Source: an uncultured delta proteobacterium (GTDB taxonomy: Bacteria > Myxococcota_A > Polyangia > Polyangiales > Polyangiaceae). Taken from it: DNA of 64,000 nt. Below, one piece after another: positions 20,950 through 30,308 of the stretch. Location: the NCBI GenBank assembly GCA_963841435.1, contig CAWJCS010000006.1, positions 96,001 through 160,000 on the forward strand. The letters are read 5' to 3'. Numbering within the stretch: position 1 is the stretch's first letter; each line of letters starts with the position of its first letter. The notes beneath the pieces were generated by a model. That model searched no databases. It was not told the DNA's origin and saw only the letters and a list, made by a program, of their open reading frames with translations. The translations under genes and the position numbers were made by a program.

Positions 20950-21272
20950 TTGCTTCTCATTCTCACTCCCGCGCTCTTCCGGCTGCAAGCTTCGGCGCCG
21001 CGAGGCTGTTCTTTCCGCGGTCGTCTCGAGGACGGGTCGCCCGCAGGGCGCCCCTTGCGCTGCCCTCGCGCTCGGATGACGCGCGGGGTTCTGTCGACCA
21101 CGGCAACTTCGAGTCTGACGGCGACCACCACGAGGCGCCGCTTTTGAGAACGGTGACGCCGGTGACAAACTTGTCGCCCCTCAAGTTGTCTTCGCTTGCG
21201 GGATGATCGGTGTCGACGCACGGGCGCGGGACGCGAGCCTCGAAGCTCCCGCCGGCCCGACGGAGATTCACG

Positions 21273-22382
21273 ATGACCCGCAAGACCATTCGATCGTCTC
21301 GGCTGCACGTTGGTGCCGATGTTGCCGCGTTCCTTTCTCTGGTCCTCGTCAGCACGACGCTCGGTTGCACCGCCGACAGTGGCACCGAGCCGGCGGGTGC
21401 GGCAGGCATGCCTACCGAAAGCGGTGGGGCGAGTGGCTCGGGCGGCCTCGCGGGCGCGGGTACGGCCGGCACGGCCGGAAGCGGCGTTGGCGGGAGCTCC
21501 GGCTCCGGCGGAACAGCAGCGGGCGCAAGCGGGACGGCTGGAGCTGGAAGCGGCGGGGTGGCGGCAGGCGGTAGCTCGGGAATCGGCGGCACGGCGGGCA
21601 CCAGTGGCGGTGCGAGCGGTGCCGGGCAAGGTGGCTTCGCGATGGGCGGTGGCGGAGGCGTCTCGGGTGGCGGCGCCGGGGCAGGCGGGGCGTCCGGCGG
21701 GCAAGCGGGCGGTGGGCAGGCTGGCGGCGGGTCGGGAGGCGGCTCGGGCTTCGACCCGTGCCCGGCGACCGGTGATTGCAAGGTGCTTCCGCTCGGCGAC
21801 TCGATCACGTTCGGGACGCCGACCAACAACGGCGGTTACCGCGTCGAGCTTTTCACCAAGGCCGTCGGCGACAGCAAACACATCACGTTCGTGGGCAGTC
21901 AATCGAACGGCCCGAGCATGGTGGCGGGCACGACGTTCCCCAAGGCCAACGAGGGGCACCCCGGCTGGACGATCAGTCAGATCGACGGCATCTCCACGAG
22001 CTCGCAGGCGCTCAAAGATTCCCCCGAGATCATCCTGCTACACATCGGCACGAACGACATGGTGCAAGGCGCGAACGGTGCCCCGGACCGCCTGGGCACA
22101 TTGATCGACAAGCTCGTCGCCGCGCTGCCCGACTCGCTCCTCGTCGTCACGTCCATCATTCCGCTGCCCCTCGCGGCGAGCAGCGTCATGACGTACAACG
22201 CCACCATTCCCGCTACCGTCAAGCAGCGCGCCGACGCCGGCAAGCACGTGATGTACCTGGAAATGTTCGACGGCTTCCCGAGCAACGGCCTCAGCAGCGA
22301 CAACGTCCACCCGAACGACAACGTCGGCTACCCGTGGATGGGCGACGCCTATTACGAGGCGATAAAACAGTATTTGCACTGA
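21273..22382 (+). CDS. SGNH/GDSL esterase (CE3-like) lipoprotein with Gly-rich linker
   Basis: PLGDSITFG, EGHPGW, HIGTND, DNVHP; lipobox TLGC; GGAG upstream. Confidence 0.9.
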   Translation: MTRKTIRSSRLHVGADVAAFLSLVLVSTTLGCTADSGTEPAGAAGMPTESGGASGSGGLAGAGTAGTAGSGVGGSSGSGGTAAGASGTAGAGSGGVAAGGSSGIGGTAGTSGGASGAGQGGFAMGGGGGVSGGGAGAGGASGGQAGGGQAGGGSGGGSGFDPCPATGDCKVLPLGDSITFGTPTNNGGYRVELFTKAVGDSKHITFVGSQSNGPSMVAGTTFPKANEGHPGWTISQIDGISTSSQALKDSPEIILLHIGTNDMVQGANGAPDRLGTLIDKLVAALPDSLLVVTSIIPLPLAASSVMTYNATIPATVKQRADAGKHVMYLEMFDGFPSNGLSSDNVHPNDNVGYPWMGDAYYEAIKQYLH

Positions 22383-22453
22383 GCGCCGGGTGGGCGGCCG
22401 GAGCGGTCCCGGGGGTTCTGGCGCAAAAGAGCTGCCGAGGGGTATAGGGGCTC

Positions 22454-22750
22454 ATGCCCTCCGATGATCGCATCGACCTGTCGATCCCTTGCGAGCACGT
22501 TACGGCGGACCTGCCCAGGTGGGTGCACCGCCCTCCCACCGGCTGCAAGGAGTGCCTGGAAATGGGCTCCGCCTGGGTCCACCTCAGGATCTGCCTCAAC
22601 TGCGGGCACGTCGGCTGCTGCGACGCGTCGCCGAACCGGCATGCGACGGCGCACTATCGCGCGACGCATCACCCGCTCATCACTTCCGGCGAGCTCGGCG
22701 AGACCTGGGCGTACTGCTACGCCGACGATCAGTTCCTTTCCACCGGCTGA
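22454..22750 (+). CDS. UBP-type zinc finger protein
   Basis: CKEC...WVHLRICLNCGHVGCCDASPNRHATAH. Confidence 0.93.
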   Translation: MPSDDRIDLSIPCEHVTADLPRWVHRPPTGCKECLEMGSAWVHLRICLNCGHVGCCDASPNRHATAHYRATHHPLITSGELGETWAYCYADDQFLSTG

Positions 22751-22767
22751 GCCCCTTCGGAACGTGC

Positions 22768-24447
22768 ATGACGCTCTCGGGGTTGCCGCCGTTTCTCAAC
22801 GTCACGCGGCGGCGTGACCAGATGTTTCCCGCGCTGAGCGCGGCGCAGATCGCACGCGTCGCCGCTTTCGGCTCCGAGCAAAACGTCGCCGAGGGGGCGT
22901 TGCTCTGGGATCAGGGCGATGCCGAGGCACCGCTCTTCGTCGTGCTCGAGGGCGAGGTCGAGATCGTCCACCCGCGCGGCAAGCTCGAGGAGCCGGTCGT
23001 CTTGCTGAAGGCGGGGCAGTTCACCGGGGAGATCAGCCTGCTCGCCGAGCGTCGGGCGCTGGTGCGTGGCAGGGCGAAGAGCGTTGCGAGGGTCCTGCGC
23101 GTGGAGGGCGCCGAGCTGCGCGCGCTCGTCCGCGACGACTCGGAGATCAGCGAGATCATGATGCGCGCCTTCATCCTGCGACGCGTGGCGCTGCTCTCGA
23201 CGGGACAGGGTGACGTGACGGTGATCGGTTCGCGGGACTCCGCGGCGACGCTGCGCGTGCGGGCGTTCCTGCTCCGCAATGGGCACCCGAGCCAATACGT
23301 CAACGTCGACGACGACTCCGGCGTGCAGATCCTGCTCGACGAGCTCGGCGTCGGTGTCGGAGACATCCCCATCCTGGTTTGCCGAGGCGACCTCGTGCTC
23401 AAGAACCCGAGCGACGCCGCGGTGGCCGATTGCTTGGGGTTCAACGCGGCCGTCGATCCCAAGGTCACCCACGACCTGGTGATCTGCGGTGCCGGCCCGG
23501 CGGGTTTGGCGGCGGCCGTTTACGGTGCGTCCGAAGGGCTCGACGTGCTGATCCTGGAGGCGGACTCACCGGGAGGTCAGGCTGCGTCCACCACGAAAAT
23601 CGAGAACTACCTCGGCTTTCCCACGGGCGTCTCCGGACAGGCGCTCGCCGCGCGGGCCATGAATCAGGCCGAGAAGTTCGGCGCGCGGATTTCCGTGGCG
23701 AGGGCCGCCGTGAGCATCGATTGCGCGGCGCCCGTGTTCACCGTTCTGCTCGCCGACGGAACGCGAGTGCGAGCACGCGCCATCGTGATCGCGACGGGCG
23801 CCCAGTACAACAAGATCGTCGTGCCAGAGCTCGAGCGGTTCGAGGGCGTTGGCGTTTACTATTCCGCGACGTACCTCGAAGCCGAGCGCTGCGGTCGAGC
23901 GGAGGTCGTGGTCGTCGGCGGAGGCAACTCCGCGGGGCAGGCAGCGACCTTCCTGTCGCAGCGTGCGAGCCACGTTCATCTCCTGATCCGCGGGCCCGAT
24001 CTCGCAGCAAGCATGTCGCGCTACCTGATTCACCGCATCGAGGAAGCCCCGAACATCACGCTCAGACGCCGCACCCGGGTGGTTGCGTTGGAGGGTGAGG
24101 ACCATCTCGAGCGCGTCACCTTTCGCGACGACGCGACCGGGGAGGAGACCACGCGTCCCGTCCGCCACCTGTTCTCCATGACCGGGGCGAGCCCCAGCAC
24201 GGTTTGGCTCCGCGGCTGCGTCGCGCTCGACGACAAAGGGTTCGTGCGCACGGGTGCGGACCTCGACGCCGACGCGCTTCGCGAGTCCGCCTGGCCGTTG
24301 CGGCGCTCGCCCTACCTCTTCGAGACCAGCCGCCCCCGCATCTTTGCGGTTGGCGACGTGCGCTCATCGAGTGTCAAGCGTGTAGCGTCTGCGGTCGGCG
24401 AAGGCTCGGTCTGCGTCCAGCTCGTTCACCGCGTGTTGAGCGAGTGA
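22768..24447 (+). CDS. cNMP-binding FAD-dependent thioredoxin-reductase-like oxidoreductase
   Basis: cNMP domain (GQFTGEISLL), GAGPAGL, IENYLGFP, GGGNSAG, FAVGDVR. Confidence 0.92.
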   Translation: MTLSGLPPFLNVTRRRDQMFPALSAAQIARVAAFGSEQNVAEGALLWDQGDAEAPLFVVLEGEVEIVHPRGKLEEPVVLLKAGQFTGEISLLAERRALVRGRAKSVARVLRVEGAELRALVRDDSEISEIMMRAFILRRVALLSTGQGDVTVIGSRDSAATLRVRAFLLRNGHPSQYVNVDDDSGVQILLDELGVGVGDIPILVCRGDLVLKNPSDAAVADCLGFNAAVDPKVTHDLVICGAGPAGLAAAVYGASEGLDVLILEADSPGGQAASTTKIENYLGFPTGVSGQALAARAMNQAEKFGARISVARAAVSIDCAAPVFTVLLADGTRVRARAIVIATGAQYNKIVVPELERFEGVGVYYSATYLEAERCGRAEVVVVGGGNSAGQAATFLSQRASHVHLLIRGPDLAASMSRYLIHRIEEAPNITLRRRTRVVALEGEDHLERVTFRDDATGEETTRPVRHLFSMTGASPSTVWLRGCVALDDKGFVRTGADLDADALRESAWPLRRSPYLFETSRPRIFAVGDVRSSSVKRVASAVGEGSVCVQLVHRVLSE

Positions 24448-24492
24448 CGGGAAGCACTGGCGCAAACGGGATCGGGGCTCCATGTTCTCTGA

Positions 24493-24975
24493 ATGGCACC
24501 AAGCAACGCCCACGAGAGCGAGCCGCCGGTCAACCGCGTCGACGAGGCTGGTTTCGAATCGTTTCCCGCGAGTGACCCGCCGTCCTGGACGCTTGGGCTC
24601 GGCGGCCCGTCGAAGACGAAAGGATCGCGTTCGATGACATCCAAGCCAACCCCGGAGCAGCTATCGACCCTGAAGCGCCTGCTCGAGGCGAAGCGTGACG
24701 ACCTTCGCAAGAAGAGCAATCGTCACGTGCGCGCGGCCACGCTGTCGGAGTCGAATGAGCGAGCGGAGCAAGGCAACGTCGCGGAAACCGAGCACGAAAT
24801 CGCCGACACGGTGGGCCTCGCCGAGCACGAACAGCGCGAGCTGGACGAGGTGCTGCACGCGCTCGAAAAGCTCGCGCGCGGCACCTACGGCGTGAGCGAA
24901 GCCACGGGGCGTCCCATCCCCTACGCGCGGCTCGAGGCACTGCCCTGGGCGCGCTTCGGCGTCGACGAACCTTGA
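24493..24975 (+). CDS. TraR/DksA-like protein, Cys-free, with N-terminal ESFPASDPP motif
   Basis: Coiled coil followed by GTYGVSEATGRPIPYARLEALPWA. Confidence 0.8.
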   Translation: MAPSNAHESEPPVNRVDEAGFESFPASDPPSWTLGLGGPSKTKGSRSMTSKPTPEQLSTLKRLLEAKRDDLRKKSNRHVRAATLSESNERAEQGNVAETEHEIADTVGLAEHEQRELDEVLHALEKLARGTYGVSEATGRPIPYARLEALPWARFGVDEP

Positions 24976-24987
24976 ACGAGCGCTGCA

Positions 24988-25155
24988 CTAGGGAGTCGCG
25001 GAAAGCCAGAAGCTCAGACCGATGGCGGCGAGCACGAGCACGGCGAGAGCGAGCGCGAGCATTTCGTTTCGTGATGCGCCAAGCTTGTGGTGACCCGGCA
25101 CGCCGGGGATCTGCGGTTCGTCTCGATGACCTTGGGGATGGGGAAGAGAGGCCAT
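24988..25155 (-). CDS. 55-aa single-pass membrane protein (not in ORF track)
   Basis: MASLPHPQGHRDEPQIPGVPGHHKLGASRNEMLALALAVLVLAAIGLSFWLSATP; GGAGGT 5 nt upstream of ATG. Confidence 0.7.
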   Translation of the reverse strand: MASLPHPQGHRDEPQIPGVPGHHKLGASRNEMLALALAVLVLAAIGLSFWLSATP

Positions 25156-25177
25156 GGTTCACCTCCGCGCGGGAAGC

Positions 25178-25193
25178 TGCATCACCCGTGCCA
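25178..25193 (-). promoter_or_regulatory. sigma54 -24/-12 promoter
   Basis: TGGCACGGGTGATGCA (GG-N10-GC) just upstream of the RBS of 24988-25155. Confidence 0.65.
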
Positions 25194-25737
25194 TGGCGCT
25201 GCCCGTCGAGGGGCCACGCGGAAGCCTGACGCTGGGTTGCCTTGCCCCAGCGTGGCGGAATTGCGGCGCGTACCGTTGCGGATGGACACGCGCCGGTGCG
25301 CACAATGCGCGCCCGGCTGCCCGGTATCCCCGACTTTTCCGAGCCGCGCACGGGAAGGGGCTGCACGCCTCCACGGCATGCTCCGGCGTCGGGGGCAGGC
25401 TAGCCACCGCGACGGGTGCTGCGGTGGGACTGGCAGCGCGAGCTTCGGACGTCAGCCCTTCGCAGCTTCGCGTGCAGTGTGCCTTCTGGTTAGTTCGTAC
25501 CGGTAGGGAGCACCTCCAGGCAGCCAATCAGTGACGCAAATGCGAATTATTTCGTGACCAAAGCAGGCCTTCGACGGCCGACGGCCGAGCAAGGCTTCCC
25601 CGTCTTGCTCGCCCGGCTTCTCGAGGCGGGCGCAATCCGATTGGGCCGGCGTGTCGAATCGATCACATCCGCCGTCGGGGGGAATCAATCATGACCACGC
25701 ACGCGTTGACGAGGCGCTCCGCACCGACCTCCGTGGA

Positions 25738-27003
25738 ATGAAGGAAGTCCCGTTCAGTCGCCGCGAGCTATCCGCGACACAGCGATCCGCGACACGAAGC
25801 GTCAGCTCGGGATCGCCTCGCGGGCTCACGTGGGCGGCGGGGATTTTCGCCGCGCTCGTCGCGTGCGGCGAAGGCGCGACGCCGAGCGCGAACGGCAACG
25901 GCGCCACCAGCGGCAACGCGGGCACATCGGGCGCCAGTGCTGCGTCAGCCGGTGCTTCGGCGCTCGGCGGTGCGTCCGGCAGCGCTGGCACGCCGACTGC
26001 GGGGGGTGGGTCCGGCGGATCCGGCGTCGGTGGCGCTGGGGCTCCCGGCGGCGGCGTGGCCGGCGCGTCGGGAACGCTGCCCTCGGCAGGTGACGCGGGC
26101 ACCGGTGGCACGTCGGGTGCGGGCGCCGGCTCTGCTGGGCAAGCGGGATCGGGCGCCATGGGGGCGACGGCTGGTGTCGGCGGTGTCGGCGGCCTCGGTG
26201 GTCTGGGCGGCGGGGGCGTGTCGGGCGCGGAAGTGGGCGGAGGCAGCGGTGCCGGCCAGGGAGGCGCGGGGCAGGCGGGGGCGAGCGGCGCCGGGAGCAG
26301 CGGTCTGGGTGGTGGCGGCGCGTCGGGCACGGCGGGCTACGAGCCGTGCCCGAGCAGTGGACCCTGCAAGATCATGCCGTTCGGTGATTCGATCACGGAG
26401 GGTGCCGGATACTCGGGCGGTTATCGGGTGGAGCTTTTCCGACAGGCGCACCAGGCGGGAAAGAACATCACGTTCGTCGGCTCTCAAACGAACGGTCCCT
26501 CCATGGTCAACGGGGTCACGTTCCCGGTGCAGCACGAAGGACATGGTGGCTGGCTCATCGATACTTCGGGCGGCCGCTCCGGCATCTCTTCGCTCGTGAG
26601 CAGCGTGATGCCCATGTACGCGCCGCACGTGATCACGCTGATGATCGGCACCAATGATGCCACGTACGACGTGGACATGGCGAACGCGCCGAAGCGCCTC
26701 GGGAACCTGCTCGACAGCATCCACGCCCTGCTCCCCGACGTGCTCGTGGTTCTGGCGCAAACCATTCCGACGCGCGACGACAGCTTCAACGCGCGGCTGG
26801 AGCCTTACAACGCCGCCATTCCGGCCGTGGTTCAGGCGCATCTCGATGCGGGTCAGCACGTTCGGCTGGTCAACATGTGGCCGCTCTTCGCCGACACGAA
26901 CAACTACAAGACCACGCTGCTTCAAGACACCTGGCATCCCACGTCGTCGGGATACGCCATCCTCGGCGCCGCGTTTTACGAAGCGCTCTCCGACGTGCTC
27001 TGA
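25738..27003 (+). CDS. SGNH/GDSL esterase (CE3-like) lipoprotein, paralog of 21273
   Basis: PFGDSITEG, HEGHGGW, MIGTND, DTWHP; lipobox LVAC; start uncertain. Confidence 0.88.
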   Translation: MKEVPFSRRELSATQRSATRSVSSGSPRGLTWAAGIFAALVACGEGATPSANGNGATSGNAGTSGASAASAGASALGGASGSAGTPTAGGGSGGSGVGGAGAPGGGVAGASGTLPSAGDAGTGGTSGAGAGSAGQAGSGAMGATAGVGGVGGLGGLGGGGVSGAEVGGGSGAGQGGAGQAGASGAGSSGLGGGGASGTAGYEPCPSSGPCKIMPFGDSITEGAGYSGGYRVELFRQAHQAGKNITFVGSQTNGPSMVNGVTFPVQHEGHGGWLIDTSGGRSGISSLVSSVMPMYAPHVITLMIGTNDATYDVDMANAPKRLGNLLDSIHALLPDVLVVLAQTIPTRDDSFNARLEPYNAAIPAVVQAHLDAGQHVRLVNMWPLFADTNNYKTTLLQDTWHPTSSGYAILGAAFYEALSDVL

Positions 27004-27247
27004 CCCATTCTCGATGCCGCCATCCGAGCTCTACATGTTCACCGGCTTCAACGCCTCGTCGATGCTTCCCTAGCGTGCGCGGTGCTCGTCCGTGCCCCGT
27101 AATCGTCGGTGCCCCTCGAGCTTCCCCAGCCGATCAGCGCGGGCGGCAGGCGCGTCGGGCCACGGAGCGAGAGCTGACGAAAAGAGTGCTAAAACGCTGA
27201 GCTTGGAAGGCTCCCGGATCGACCCAGTGGCGAGCGGTGACCTCGGC

Positions 27248-28672
27248 GTGACGCGTCACCGGGGAATCCCATTGGTGCTGCTGCTCGCCTTGGGGTGCGC
27301 GCCTTCTGAGCCCTCGGGGGCAGGCACCGGCGGAGCCGCACGAGGCGGGACGGGCGGTGGCGGTGCGGGCGTCTCTGCCGGCGGCAGCGGTGGCCAGGGT
27401 GGCTCCGGTGGATCGTCGGCGGGGATGTCGGCGGCGGGACAGGGTGGCGCGATTGCGGGCGCGGGCGCGGGCGCGGGTGCGGCGGGAAGCTCGGGCGCGA
27501 ACGCCGGACGCGGTGATGGTGGTCGGTCGGGAGCGGGTGGCGCAGCAGGCGACGGTTCGAAGGCGGGCGCGGGCGCCGGCGGAGTGGTCGCAGGAGCGGG
27601 TGGTGGTGGGAGCGGTGGCGATGCCGGCGGCGGCGCGGCAGGAGCCTCGGGAGGCGGAGGTAGCAGCAGCTGCTCGGGACCCGTGGGGACGTTTTCAGGG
27701 GAGCTTGCGAGCGGTATCGCCTTCATCGACACCGACGGCGAGCGCGTGAACGCGCACGGCGGCGGGATCATCCGCGAAGCCAACACCTTCTACCTCCACG
27801 GCGAGTATTTCCTGAGCACGAGCACCGCCAACGACTTCGTCGGGTTTTCCATGTACTCGTCCGACGATCTCAGCACGTGGAAGAACGAAGGCATCGTGTT
27901 GCCCCAGCAGCCGAGCGGGGAGCTTGGCCCGAACCGCAAGGGCGAGCGACCCCACATCATCAAGTGTCCCGCCACGGGCGAGTTCGTCCTTTATGCCCAC
28001 GCCGCATCGCAGGACTACCAGACGGACAAGGAGGTCGTTTTCGCAACCTCACCGACCGTCAACGGCACGTACGCTTACCGAGGGCCGCTCGAGAACGGCA
28101 ACGGGCAGCTGATCGTGCACAGTGACATGAGCGCTTACGCCGACGACACGGGCGCGTACGTGCTCACCGAAAGCGGGCACGTCTTCAGCCTGACCGAGGA
28201 CTGCCACGGCTGGCTCTCCGACCGCTCTTTCTCGGCGGTCAACGGTGACTCGGGTGGCATCGAAGCGCCCACTGTGTTCCGCGCCGGTGATACCTACTAC
28301 TGGCTCGGCTCCTACAAGACCGGATGGCGCGCCAACAACGACTTTTACTCGACGGCTCCCGCCATGCTGGGCCCTTGGACTTTTCAGGGCTTCATAGCCC
28401 CCGTTGACGACCCGACGAACAACATCTCGGACGAACGCACCTGGCTCTCACAGGTCACCTGGGTGGAGCCCATCGTCGGCTGCCAGGGGACCGTCTACCT
28501 CTACTTTGGCGACCACTGGGACGGGACGGAGAGCACGACCGCGCCCGGGCGGCACAACGACCTTGCGACTTACGTCTTTCAACCGCTGGTCTTCGACGGG
28601 CCGTTGATTTCATTGCCCGTGTATCGCGCGAGCTGGCTGCTCGATGTCGGGGCAGGAACCTGGTCGGAATAG
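27248..28672 (+). CDS. GH43 glycoside hydrolase (GH43_24-like) lipoprotein
   Basis: DTDGERVNAHGGGII, YSSDDL, ERPHII, EAPTVF, KTGWRAN; lipobox ALGC. Confidence 0.85.
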   Translation: MTRHRGIPLVLLLALGCAPSEPSGAGTGGAARGGTGGGGAGVSAGGSGGQGGSGGSSAGMSAAGQGGAIAGAGAGAGAAGSSGANAGRGDGGRSGAGGAAGDGSKAGAGAGGVVAGAGGGGSGGDAGGGAAGASGGGGSSSCSGPVGTFSGELASGIAFIDTDGERVNAHGGGIIREANTFYLHGEYFLSTSTANDFVGFSMYSSDDLSTWKNEGIVLPQQPSGELGPNRKGERPHIIKCPATGEFVLYAHAASQDYQTDKEVVFATSPTVNGTYAYRGPLENGNGQLIVHSDMSAYADDTGAYVLTESGHVFSLTEDCHGWLSDRSFSAVNGDSGGIEAPTVFRAGDTYYWLGSYKTGWRANNDFYSTAPAMLGPWTFQGFIAPVDDPTNNISDERTWLSQVTWVEPIVGCQGTVYLYFGDHWDGTESTTAPGRHNDLATYVFQPLVFDGPLISLPVYRASWLLDVGAGTWSE

Positions 28673-28898
28673 ATGCTCGGATCGTCGCTTTGGCGAAACG
28701 CTGGGGCCGTCGACGTTTCAAAGTTATGGACGTGAGCGCACGCTCGGAAGAACGCGTGAGTAAAAGGGTGGCGCCGACAAAGCCCAGAACCTAATCTGAG
28801 GGAATCGAACGCTGCCATCGCCGAGGCGGGCCGGCAGCCTTCTCATCGGACATTTCGGCTTCGGCCGTTCCAACATCCACACGAAGAAGGGAGGCGCC

Positions 28899-30164
28899 AT
28901 GGATCTCCGACCTCGCCCCACTGGTTTTTCCATCGTGGCGCTCGCCACGTTCGCGCTCTGCCCGTCCTGTACCAGCTCGGACGGTGCGGCAACGGGCACC
29001 GGCGGGGGATCGCCCGACGGCTCCGGGGGTGCGTCGGGTGATGCGGGTGCGACGGCAACGTCGGGAACGGCCGGCAACGCCGGGACGACCGGCGCTTCGG
29101 GAACGACCGGTATGGCTGGCACGTCGAGCGGCGCCGGAACGACCGGCATGGCCGGCACGTCAGCCGCGGCCGGCACGACTGCAGGGGGAGGCGCTGGAGG
29201 TAGCGGCATGAGCGGCGCCGCCGGCTCGGCCGACGGAGGCAGCGGGAACGCGGGAGGCGGGGACGGTGCGAACGGCGGCGTCGCGGGTCTCGGCGGAACG
29301 GGCGGCGACGTTGGCACGGCTGGCGGCGGCGCGAGCGGCACGGGCGCGTCCGGTAGCGGCGGGACAGCGGGCGCTGGCACGATGGATCCTGCGCCGAGCA
29401 CCGGTTGCGGCAAGCCCGCCGGGCTCACGAGCGGCCGCGCGAGCATCGACGTCAACGGCAAGATGCGCGAATACATCCTCGCGGTGCCGAGCAACTACGA
29501 CGAGAACGAGCCCTACAGGCTGATCTTCGGCTGGCACCCGTGGGGCGGGTCAGCGCAGCAGATCGCGAGCATGGGCTACTTCGGGCTTTCGAGCGTGATC
29601 GATGGCCAGGCGATTCTCGTCGCGCCCGAGGGTCAGGACTTTCAAGACAACGGACTTGGCTGGGGTAACGCGAACGGCGAGGACATCGACTTTGCCCACG
29701 CCATGATCGATCGCTTCGGCTCCGAGCTCTGCGTTGACGAAAACAGGATCTTTTCCACTGGGTTCAGCTTCGGCGCCATGTTCTCGTTCACGCTCGCCTG
29801 TACGGAGAACAGCATGATGCGCGCCATTGCACCCATGGCCGGCAACGCGACGACGAGCGGCCGCTGCGAGGACGGCACGCGGTCGGTGGCCACGATGGCC
29901 TTCATCGGTACCGACGACAGCCTGCTCTCGGCTCACCGCCAGGCCGTCCAAATTTTCGTCGGGCGAAATGGCTGCTCGACGCAAGCGGTGACGATGCAGA
30001 CGAGCTGGTGCGACGGCCTCGCCTCGAGCTTCGAGCCATGCACCTGTGTGGAATACCCGGACTGCAAGGACGGCTACCCCGTGATCTCGTGCGAGTACAA
30101 GGCCGGTCACCAGTTCGCGCCCAGCGCGGGCGCTACGCTCTGGAGCTTCTTCTCGCAGTTCTGA
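28899..30164 (+). CDS. Feruloyl-esterase/PHB-depolymerase-like alpha/beta hydrolase lipoprotein
   Basis: PSTGCGK, REYILAVP, FSTGFSFGA (GxSxG), AGH; GGAGG RBS. Confidence 0.85.
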   Translation: MDLRPRPTGFSIVALATFALCPSCTSSDGAATGTGGGSPDGSGGASGDAGATATSGTAGNAGTTGASGTTGMAGTSSGAGTTGMAGTSAAAGTTAGGGAGGSGMSGAAGSADGGSGNAGGGDGANGGVAGLGGTGGDVGTAGGGASGTGASGSGGTAGAGTMDPAPSTGCGKPAGLTSGRASIDVNGKMREYILAVPSNYDENEPYRLIFGWHPWGGSAQQIASMGYFGLSSVIDGQAILVAPEGQDFQDNGLGWGNANGEDIDFAHAMIDRFGSELCVDENRIFSTGFSFGAMFSFTLACTENSMMRAIAPMAGNATTSGRCEDGTRSVATMAFIGTDDSLLSAHRQAVQIFVGRNGCSTQAVTMQTSWCDGLASSFEPCTCVEYPDCKDGYPVISCEYKAGHQFAPSAGATLWSFFSQF

Positions 30165-30308
30165 TTTCGCCTCGTTCAATCGTCCAGTTTCCCTCCATCA
30201 TTGGCGTCGGGGTGGACGAACCGGGTGCCTGACCGCGCGCGGTTGACGAGGCGCGGCTCACGCCCGGCCGCTCACGGAGCTAAGCTTTGGGGGCAGGAGA
30301 CTCGACCC

